Origin: Klebsormidium nitens
Taxonomy: Eukaryota; Plantae; Klebsormidiophyceae
Length of the DNA stretch: 41,175 bases
Reading direction: 5' to 3'
Assembly: GCA_000708835.1 (NCBI GenBank)
Contig: DF237663.1
Coordinates: 1-41,175 of the forward strand
A model generated the notes under the pieces. The model was not told the DNA's origin and did not search any database. It was given only the letters and a program-made list of their open reading frames with translations. The translations under genes were made by a program, and so were the position numbers. Shown one piece after another: positions 23,164 through 33,711 of the stretch. Numbering within the stretch: position 1 is the first letter of the stretch; each line of letters starts with the position of its first letter.

Positions 23164-23269
23164 CTGCGCAAGCCAATCAGAAACAAGTATTCGCGAATGT
23201 CGCTTGGAGGCGGTGGCTGATTAAAAGCCGGTAGATATTCTGAACTTTGATTTCTTATGGCTATAGCTG

Positions 23270-23660
23270 TATGATTGCACATATGATCGGACATGCGGAT
23301 TATTGGGAATTTGGGCCCTGCATGAAACAATTGTCATGAATGATCGAACGCATATCATTGGATCGACGCGCGCATGCACGTACAATAATGGATCATCCGA
23401 CAGTTTACAATTATACTATGGCCATTATCAGTTTACTACGTACCGGTACCGTCAGGCAATTGCGAAATTCTTTCAAGAATTTCTGTCAGTGGTATCTATC
23501 TAGCTACTAGCTGCATCATTGAATCACGCGATCAGATCGACCGCTTCAATCCGTTCATGATCGCGATCCGGGCTGGCATGATGTAGTATGTGATTATATA
23601 TATAGCTCGTTAAGCTAGAACTCTTTGATAGCGCGAGCCGCAACTTCTGACAGAATTGGC
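23270..23660. other. Palindrome-rich intergenic island C (3' of BIG)
   Basis: Hand count of 61 4-mer palindromes in 23281-23640 (about 17%). Examples: GTACCGGTAC 23440-23449, GAAATTCTT-tc-AAGAATTTC 23464-23483, GATCGCGATC 23559-23568. Confidence 0.75.
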
Positions 23661-23978
23661 AGCATCATTCGCCTCATGTGCTGCTGGCATTAGTAGTCAT
23701 CAATGTAACCAAGCATGGACGTAAACCGGCAACACTGTGATCAATCCCGGGCCGATTGACAAACTGTTCAATGTTTCTTATAGCAAGTACTAAAGGAACA
23801 CATTGGTTAAAGGGCACACATCGGTACAAAAGACTTGAACGCCTTTGAGGAGATGGTATAGTATGATCGCACGCAACTAATTCGTCTATCTTGCACAAAT
23901 CTCAACGGAACCTATTTCAGAATTCCCAATGCAAGTGCTGTACCATCCCAAAAAGCGCAGCTTTGTGAGGCGACTTAT

Positions 23979-26900
23979 CTATATCTTGCCAACCTTTAGG
24001 CCAAGAAGCAAGGGTCCCACTCTTTGAGTGAACAACGTGCTGAGAGCTGCTTGCACGTCTGCACTAGAATGCTCGCAACCCACGAGCTGCGTCAGCAGAG
24101 GGAAGAAGGTTTTCGTCAAGTGCTGCTCAAAGGCGGGTCCTTTCAAAGCCGTGATCGCCTGCAGTGCCGCGACAACCAGCGGGGACCGCGCTGTCAGCTC
24201 CCTTCGCCGCGCCGACCCCAGCGGCACTGCCCAGTGCTGCGGCCGCGCCTTGCCCCCCTCCCCGTCGCCTGCCCCTGCCGCGCTCGCGGTGTTGATGTAC
24301 ATGTGCAGCACCTCCGCGCAGAGGTCCACCAGGCGCGCCTCCACGTGCAGCGGGCCGCCCGCCGTGGCCAGCTGCGGCTGGTCGGCGGGCAGGCGCTGCA
24401 GCAGGGTGAGATACGCGTGGAAGGCCTCGCTCTCCAGGCGCAGCAGCGGCGGGTCCGCCATCTGCGTGAGCGCGCGCAGCTGCTGCAGGCGCGCCCGGCC
24501 GCGCGGGTCGCTGTTCACCTTGTGCGCGTGGCCGGCCATGAGGTACAGCACGTCCAGCAGCGCCAGCGTGTGCGCGGGGGACAGCGCGCCGTGGTGCAGC
24601 GCATACAGCTCCGACACGGCCTGCCAGAGCAGGGGCGAGGCAGGCTCAGGGTACGTGAGACACTATGCAAGGGCGCAGGGCGTCCACATTGCGGCACAAG
24701 TCAAATCACATCATGCTCGCCGACCACACAACCGGATCGACATGAGCACACGGTGCGGACGGCCTGGTGGGGCCGGGCCGAGCAGTGGTTCCTCACCTGC
24801 ACCAGCAGCAGCTGCACCGCCGTTCGGCACCGCAGGTCCGCTATGCTCTGCTGGACCGACCCGATCGCCGCGCCCTCCTCCGCCCCCTGCCCCTCCGCCT
24901 CGTCGGCCGCCCCTGCCTCCTGGGCCCCTGTGCCCCGTCCTTGCGCTTCTGCGCCGCTGGCCCCTGCCCCGCCCTCTCCCGCTGCCTCCCCCTCCCGTCC
25001 GGCCCCATCCTCGCCTAACATCCTCGCTGCGGTGCTTGCCGAATCTTCCACGTCATCGTCATCCAGCGCCTCCCCCCTCTGCTGGCGCAGCGTGGCCTCC
25101 TCCAGGCGGTCCGTCGTGAGCGCGCTCAGGTCGGGCAGCGTGCTGCTGCCAGCGTCGGCCAGCGCCGCCAGCACGGCGTCCCAGTCGGCGGGGGAGAAGA
25201 GCGCGCCCGCGCTGCTGATGAGGCGCACGAAGGCGGCCACCCCAATGGCGGCCAGGCTCTGGTGCGGCCGCTTGATGAAGGCGGTGAGCAGGCCCAGGAT
25301 GCGCGGCAGCAGCGGGTCGACCACCGCGTAGAACTTGACAAACAGGTCCACCACCAGCTGCAGCGCCAGCGTGCACGTCTCGTACAGCCACACGTCCATC
25401 TCCAGCCCCTCGCGCGTGGCGCCCGGCGTCTCGGTCCCGCCCCCCGCGCTGCGGTCGCTGGCCAGGGAGAGGGAGCGCTCGGCGGAGGCACGGCGCACGT
25501 AGTCGAAGATGGGGAAGAGGACGGAGTCGAAGACGCGCTCCCAGAGGGCGGGCGAGAAGAGGTGCCCGTGGTAGCGCAGCGTGTCAAAGAGCACCTCCAG
25601 GCTGCTCTTGCGCACGTCCGGCCGCGGGTCGAACGTCAGCTCGGACAGGCCTGCGGCACACACAGCCACGCACGGCCGAGTGTAAGACCACTGAGGAAAG
25701 CGCCCCTAAATTACAAAGCGCCAGTACACCGGAAAAACTGACAGTACGCAAAGCAACGCCGTCGCCCTCGGGCTTGAAAGCTCAGGTCACTGCAACCGAA
25801 GGTGTTCGAGAGATGTGCGGCTGCCAAGCTTCTTGATAGGAGGGCTGGTTGCCTGTCCCCTCCAGCATGGTGGGTGGCTCGTGGCTGGCGGGGCCGCACC
25901 TGCGAGGAGGGGGAACCAGAAGTAGAGGTGGTCGTCGCGGTCGGTGAAGGGCGCCTGCGGCGGCTCCGCCTTGTGCTCGCCGCCGTCGGCTGCGTCGCGC
26001 TGGTCCACTGGCTGGCCCAGCTCGCCCTCCGCGAGCTTGAGCGCGCAGAAGCGCAGGAACGCGATGGCGTTGAGGGAGACGTCCTTGTTGAAGCGGCTGT
26101 TGGTGAAGGCGATCAGGCAGTTGACGCAGTCCGTGAACGTGCTCGTCTCCGTCTCCGTGATGTACGAAAAGTAGTCGCGCACAATCTTCTCGATCGTCTG
26201 GAACGCCAGCGTCACGATGTTCTTGTGCTCGTCCGCCGCCGCCGTTGTAAACACCTGCACCCGCCGTGTTTCAAGGTCAGCAGGAGACAGCAGCGGACAC
26301 AGCAGTGGGTGGCAATATCCTGGCCATAGAACCGCCTCTGGAACATGTGAAGTATGACTCGCGTGCTTTGCCTTGTATCTCGTCGTGCTTCCATCCCACT
26401 CATCAGTAAGCTTGACCGATGTGGATAGACAAGGCGTTGAGGTGGTCCCTTCCTGAGGCGTCGCCTCTTCCTCCTAGACAACAACCATAGTCAGACCGAG
26501 TAGGCTTCCGGTTTTCCCTGATCCGCAGCCGCTTTGTGTGCACGGCTGGCGGGTGGTGCGCGGGGCTCACCATGAACATGACCTTCCAGCCGGACTTGAC
26601 GTTGCCGACACGCGCGAGCACCATCTGGGACATGCAGCGGATGATGAGCTCGCGGATCTCGACGGAGTTGCTCTTGCGCATGATGACCACGAAGGGCTTG
26701 AGGAAGTCGTTCTGGAAGTTGTAGTTGGCCAGCTCGTCGCGCTCCAGGAACTTCATGGCCAGCTGCCGCAGGCTGTCCACCGCGTACATTGCCACCGTCA
26801 GGTTCTCCGCGCACCCCACCGTCACGAAGTAGTCGCTCAGCTCCGCCCAGATGCGGCTCCACACTAGCCGGATGCGGCTCATGTTGAAGTGCCTGCGCGA

Positions 26901-29900
26901 GCAAAAGCGGCCGCACATCTTCACGCAGGGCGCGGGGGCAGCAGGAAGCAATAAACGCATGGAAACGGCCTCGCTGCGGACAACAAGCTGCCGACGAGTC
27001 CACGCTCGCCCACTAGGCGGCACTGTGCAAGGAACGACGATAGCACTGATGAGGCAACTGAAGGCAACAGCCTCAAGCCCTTCTTCCGGATTGTCCACTG
27101 GGTTAATCTCTGCAGCGAGTAGAAGCACAATTTTGAGAAGGTAGTCTTGAAGGAGCGCGGGCGAGTGCGAAGGTCCTCACGAGATCTCGACGATTTTGGT
27201 GAGGGAGAAGATGCGCGGCTCGGCGGGGGAGCGCAGCTCGTCCAGGGAGACCTTGATGATGGCCTTCACGAACTCCACGATGGCCTCGCTGTTGAGGCGC
27301 TCGCTAGAGGTGAAGATCCGGTTGATCTCCGTGCTGTCGATCTGCTCCAGCAGGCCCAGGTTCGACACCAGCGTCGCAATCTGTTCGCTAGTCACGGGGC
27401 CCGCCGCGTTGCCGCCCACGCCCGCGCTGTCGTAGCTCCCGCGCTTGATGGCCCCGCTCTGGATCGCCTCCGCGGGCAGGTGCGAGCGGCGGCTGCCCTT
27501 GGCGCTGCCGCGCGCCTTCTTGGCGTCGGGGCGCGCGCCCGCAAACAGCGCGGCGTCCGTCATGACGCCCTCGCCGATCTGGTGCAGGTGCTCGAACCGG
27601 CTGATGCACGTCAGCACGTGCTCCCACGCGTCCGCCAAGTGGTTGCCGTCCTCCTCTGCCACCGACATCAGCGTCTGCCAGCAACACAGCGCAGGCAAGG
27701 GTGAGGCCGAGGGGCTGAGCACGCCGAGGAGACGCGGTGGTGCCGCCAAAAACAGCCGAAATGCAACGAAGGGGCATCGGGAGGAGAAAACGAAGCAGCC
27801 AAAGACATCTGCGACGGGACAGCGTGGGGGCAGACCAAGGGGGCCTCGTGCAGGGCATCGCGCACCTTGATGGCGTCTATGTTCTTCTGCTTGATGTCAG
27901 CCGCAGAGTGCAGCGAGGTGAACTTGGCGAGGGAGGTGATGTAGGCGTCGCGGATGGTCTCCATCTGCATCACGGCGGCCACGTGGATGGCGTGGCGGAA
28001 GCCCTCGAGGCACTGGTACGTCACCACCGCGTCGTCGCTCTTGTCGAGCGGCACGCTGAAGGCCGCCAGCATGGGCGCCCACACGACCTCCACCATCGGG
28101 CGCACGATTTCCACGTCGCTCGCGGCGTTGAACAGCGTGCCGCCCTTGCCCGTGCCCTGCTTGAACATGTCCTGCATGTGCCGGATGATGTCCTCGCTCG
28201 TGTCCGCCGACACGTCGCGCTTGCGCCGCGGCAGCACCAGCTGCAAAATGGCCTCCAGCCCGCCCTGCGGCTTGGCAGCCGCCACTGCCGCCGCCCGGGC
28301 CCCCGCTGCGCCGTCACTCTTCATCTTGATCTCGTTCTTCACGATACGGTCGTACAGCGCGCCCAGGAACTCCTCGGGCAGGTCGCCATTCTCGTCGATG
28401 CCGCGGTTGTTGCGGATGAACTGCGCCTTCGACATCTGCGACCCACCAACACTCACAAAGTCAGACCACAAGCTCCTACCGATCATGAAATATCGTCCCT
28501 ACGAGCCAGACACACCGTTTATACATCAAAATGCTTATGCTCCTAATTCTCACTTTTCTTTGCGATTCAATCTGAAGAAATTTACTCCTTCGCTATGCCA
28601 GCATTCACTTTTTTAGCTTCCATCAACGCGAGGCATGGTTGCACTGAAGGTTTGGAGCGCAGGGCTGACCTTCTGCTTGACCATGGGGTTGTGTGCGTCG
28701 GTGTTGAGCATGATGACGGAGTAGGCCAGCACGTAGGCCGTGTCGGCGCTTGAGAACGACTTGGGGTTGCACTTGCAGTAGCGCTGCGCAAACTTCTCCA
28801 TCAGCCGATCGATCTTCTGCGCCTCCCCCGGCAGCCGGAAGCCGCTGAGGAACAGCCGGATGGCGTTGTCGAACTCGATGCCGGCAAAGTCGTGCGCGTC
28901 GACGTAGGCGTGCATGACCTTGAGGCAGGTGTCGTCGCGCTCGCCCAGGTACTCGCCCACCATCACCTTGTCCAGCCCACGCCCCTCGCGCAAAAACGCA
29001 GCAATCTCCTCGGGGGTGCCCCCCAGCTTGCCATTGCGAACCAGGAACTCGATACCCTTCTTGGGTTTCTTGTTGAACAGAGCAATGCCCTCCTGTAGCC
29101 AGACGGCGCAAAATCAGCCCAGGGTGGCGAGGCACGTACAACTGAGTCCTTTGTGTCGTTTTTTGTTCAGTTGACGAGTGCATGAGCGGTGTTCGACTGT
29201 TACAAAACCAAATCGTACACATTTGAAGAAACCCCACAACAGCGCGCTCGTTCCAAAGGACAAGGGAGTTCCTCCTGTCTGCCAGCGGCACACCTCGCGA
29301 CCACCTTTGACATGCCGGACACCATCCGAGGCCCACCTGCAGTTCGATCTTGTAGGCCCTGCGCTGCTCGAAGTGCACCGCCTCCGAGACCTCGCTCCCT
29401 GCCCCGTCCAGGTGGTCCCCGCCGCCGTCCGACCCCAGGTGGTCGCCCTCCTCTTTCTCCTGTGCAGCCGACACGGCGACGGCCCGCCCATGCGCGGCAA
29501 TCTGGATGAGGTTCAGCTGCTTGTTGGTCCAGCTGCCCATGGAGCGCAGCACGCCGACGAGGCACTTGACGGCCGCCAGCCGCAGCGCGCCGTCCTGCTT
29601 CGGCTCCAGCGTCGTCTCCACGCTGGGAGGGACGCCCTGCGCCGTCTTGAGCAGCCCGTTCACCGTTCTGCAGCCACACGACGGCGTCAGGGACAAAATG
29701 AGATCGCGATACGACTGCTGCGAAAATGAGGAGAAAGGATCTCCAAAGAAGCGACGGCGGAGGAATGACAAGGGAAGCACTTGATGAAGTAAAGAACAGG
29801 CTGCAGGCGTGCACAGAAGGGCCCCTTACTGTGGACGGATGGAAGTCGCGTCATGATGCCTGACCTCTCAAAGATGTTGGACGAATCGAGGTCGCAGTCG

Positions 29901-32243
29901 TAGTTGACAAAGACGTCCACCAGGATCTGGGGGTCCACGCAGAGCTTCTCCAGGAAGCGCATCACGATCATCTTCTGGGCGTAGTTGGGCTGCGCCACGT
30001 TCTCCAGCACGCGCAGCACGATCATGGGGAAGAACACCCCGATCTCCGCCTTGAGCCCCGCACGGAAGCGCGCCACCAGGCTCATGAAGATGGAGCACGA
30101 CAGCTGGAACACGCTCAGGAGCGACGACGCGCTGTTCTTGAGCAGCGACAGGCAGAGGTACTGCTTGATCGCGCCAACAAACCTGCGGAGAAGCAGCCCT
30201 ACAGTAAGAAACATTGGTAGAAAGGCTGACCAGCATAGCAGAAGAGTGACTGATATGGATGCATTCATATTGGTGATGCAAAGCAATCAGTTGAGCCCAG
30301 TTGTGCATGACTTGAGAAGCAGTGTTTTCTAACTCTCGACCAAGCACAACCAGCTGAAAGCTCTCTTAACCCAGATTACGCTGGAACCCTCAAATGCTCA
30401 CGGAAAGCAGACGGGACAGAAGTTAGATTCTGCGAACCTTCAAAAACGACTGAGGCAACATAGAAAGAGAAGGGCCACTGCTTTCCCACTAGATCACCCT
30501 ACGGCAATCAAGGCTCAGGTTTTAACTGCCGGACTTCTTGATGAGGCAGCCAGCGGGCGGGTGGCAGGTCACTCACCTCTCATTGGTGCGGAAGATGGCT
30601 CCCGCGTTCTCCAGCAAGATCTTAAGCAGCTCCAGCGCCACGATCTTGCCGCGCACCGCAAACGGGTCAATGACCCCCTCCTGAGGGGGGGCCTTCATGG
30701 ACAGCTTGCACAGCGCCCGGAACACCAGGAACGCATCGCGGCGCAGCGAGTTGGTGTTGGCGGACACGCCCTCCTCCAGCTCATCGCCCACGTCCTGGCC
30801 AAGGCCCCCCTTCTGGCTGGCCTTCTTGGCAATCTCCTTCTGCAGGTTCACCTCCCACGACTTGGCGTCCAGCAGCGCCGCATCCTTCACTCCCTCCTCG
30901 TCCACCGGGCTGCTCTGCGGGATGGTGTCAAATGCGCCGTCATGCCGGTGCGACCCCGACAGCTGCGTCACAGGGGCGGTCCAGGCCTCCCCAATCTCCT
31001 GGACCACCTTGTTGATGAAGCCCTGGACAAACAGCATGGACGTCTGGTCGGTGGTCGACCGCTCTGCCGGCTCCATAAGGTCCGCCACCACAATGGGGGT
31101 CACCGCAACCTGGGAGGTGTCTGCCTCCATACGCCGGAAGACGAGGACGAGCATCTGCGTGAGCGCGGCCTTCGCCGTCGTCTGATTCACCACCGCCTTG
31201 CTCCCCAGGAAGATGTTGTAGCAGGTGCGCACAATCTTGAGCAGCGTCTCCCCGTGCACGTGCACGCTCTGGCTGGTGACGCCCGTGAGCAGCGCGCGCA
31301 GCACCAGCAGCTCCACCGTCTCGTCCGCAATGTCGTAGCAGCGGCACACGCCGTCAAACACCTCCTGCAGCAGCTTGGTGTCGGGTGTGGTCCCAATGTC
31401 CACCTCCCCGCGCAGGTGCCCGTGCGCCACCAGCTTCTGCACCAGGTCCAGCACCGGCTCAACAATTTTCACGCTCGAAGTCTCGCATGCCAGCTGCAAC
31501 GGCCGCAAGATCAGCTCTGCGTCGCCATGGCTCACGGGGGTGTCGCCATCAAAGAGGATGGGCCGGGCAGGGATTCCCCAGGCAAAGTCTGACTCCTTCC
31601 CGGAACCACTGCTGAACTGCTGCGTGAAATCAGGCGACTGCACAGCTGGCTTAGCTTCTTCGACTGCTGCTGCCGACTCTGAGCGCGCCAGAGACGCCTT
31701 AACAGATGCATTCTGTTCTGCGTGCTCTTCCTGAGCAGACCCATTCTCAGCTGCTGACTCTGCGCCAGTCCCCGCGCCAGCCTCCCCTCCAGCTTCCTGC
31801 TCAGGGTTGGCTGTTGTGGCACCAATCTCTGGGGCTCCTGTACTGCTCAACGCCTGGCTTTCCTCGCTGGCTGAGGAAGCAGCCTGGACGTCCGCTGTTC
31901 CTTCACCCGCTAGATTCTCACTGGGACCCCTAATTGTGGAATCCTCCTCTGACCCATTCTCTTTCGCAGATCTTAGTGTTTCAGGCGGCACTCCTGCATC
32001 TCCCGTCCGTTCTGAGGGCTGATCTGCTGCTTGCTCGACTTTTTCCCGTTTGAAGGTAGAAGGGGACGGCAGAGGGGGTAGCTTCTCAGGGGCCTTGGTG
32101 AAGTGATCAATGACGCTCTTGCATTCTGTTATAAGGCGCTGATGCTTTCTCCAGGAGGCTGCCTTCACAACCTTCTCCAAGGCAGGGACTACGAGCCGCC
32201 CTAACCGAGACATTGGGGCCTGGGACTGCACCTTCGACGCCAT
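23979..32243 (-). CDS. BIG: Brefeldin A-inhibited ARF guanine-nucleotide exchange factor (DCB-HUS-Sec7-HDS), about 1991 aa, BIG2/BIG3-like
   Basis: 10 in-phase GT-AG exons: 32243-30577, 30182-29865, 29667-29337, 29092-28670, 28435-27866, 27674-27181, 26892-26571, 26254-25900, 25650-24797, 24620-23979. Motifs: [55 protein letters not shown], Sec7 [70 protein letters not shown]. Confidence 0.97.
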
Positions 32244-33711
32244 GCTGCCAGCGTGTAGAACAGCTCGCACAGATTGGAGGTCCCCCAATCCTCCCTGTTT
32301 CTGTGAAGAAACCTGATTGAGTCAATCCTCGGGTCCAAAATCGCAGGAATTCAAAGAACTACTGGATATGTGTGGTATTCAATCTGCGCAGCTGTAGGAT
32401 CAACCTTAGCACCGCTTTGCATTGACCCATCATAAGGATATTTCCTGCTGCAGTCCTGACACTTTTATCCTGGACGACCTTTGCCCCAACCTGACCACTG
32501 CGGTTCAAGCATTCTTTGCGGCTGCACTCTCCTCAGCCCCCCAAAGCCATGCTCATCATCACGATTCACGATGTAGCGCTTGCATTGGTATGAGCGTCAG
32601 AGCGAGCTGTGCATGACGGGCAGCCTGTGTACCTAGATCCGCCAACTAGAGCGGTGGTGACTCTGATTTCACTTGCAGACGAGATGTCGGAGTCCACTCC
32701 TTTCCGGTACGTACCGGTACCCGCTCAGTGGCAGACTCAGGTACGTGGGTACCTACTAGGTACGGTCGTACTACCTGCCGATACCGGTATAGCAAAGCTT
32801 GGTTGACCCGAGGGAAGTTCTCCCGCCCGATGATGGCGAGCGGCGCCGACTTGATCAAGTTTGACATCAACAGCCCCGGGCAGGCCGCTTGGCCTGGTGC
32901 GACCCAGGGGAACGCATTAATGCACTCGGTACCTACCGGGGCACGGCGGTACACCATAGTATGGTAGATACCGGTATTCGCGGTGCCCATTTCAACGTCT
33001 CATTGGGATTGTCAGATTTTTGAGCCAATGGCAAATCAAAGGATTTTGTGTGCAGTGTGAAATCTTGTGAAGCATGGATCCTTGACTGGGAGAGACCAAG
33101 GTCCAAGACTCGAACTCCGAGTCGAAGTATGGACGTGGCGAGTGACCCAGGTCCACAGGGCCTCGAACAGGTCGCCAATGTTCGTATCATTATGGTGGTT
33201 CTGTAGGAGGTGCTCAATACCCACTGCATGCGCTCTGGGCGTCCCATGTGAGCTCTAGGGATTACTGTCCTAAAGGTACCTAGGCCCTAGGGTTTCAGAT
33301 GTCAGGCGCATTGGCGGCTTGTCGAGAAATCAGTAAGAAATGGCCTCCAAGTTGCGGTGCTAGCGTGTTCCTGGTCATTCTGCTGCATCCCGTCCTCATC
33401 AGCCTGGCGAGAGGGATCTTAGCCTGCTAGAATTTGGTTCCAGATCTCAACGTTGTCTGAGGATTTAAAGCGCGGGATTTGAAGCATGGCCATAGATGCA
33501 CCATTCTGCTCCAGCCGGTTCAGATAGGGCTGCCAAAGCTGTTCAAGTGGGGTCTCTGCTAGAATGTTTGGGCTCACCTTTTAGCTTGTAGGACCTGAAC
33601 ACAAAGCGTCTTGCATACAGGTGCAGAAGACAATTGACCCTCATGATGGTAAAATAGACTGACAAGGCAGTATTTTGAGCTAGCTATCAAGAGTCGTCTG
33701 AACAGCCGGCC
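32244..33711. promoter_or_regulatory. Divergent promoter/5'UTR region shared by BIG and NACK-type kinesin
   Basis: 1.47 kb between outward-facing ATGs (32243 on -, 33712 on +). Contains a TAGGGTTT telo-box-like site at 33288-33295 and the GTAC cluster below. Confidence 0.6.
32704..32988. other. GTAC/CCGG palindrome cluster in the BIG-kinesin divergent region
   Basis: Seven GTAC within 32707-32771 and nine in total. Examples: CCGGTACGTACCGG 32704-32717, ATACCGGTAT at 32781 and 32968, ACTTGATCAAGT 32849-32860, CAGGCC-gctt-GGCCTG 32881-32896, GCATTAATGC 32914-32923. Confidence 0.8.

Noticed and set aside
24024-31592. Plus-strand ORFs of 200-435 aa overlapping BIG
   Set aside because: Antisense shadows caused by high third-position GC; no recognisable motifs.
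33643-33657. uORF MMVK* upstream of the kinesin ATG
   Set aside because: Four codons, transcript start unknown, and expected by chance.
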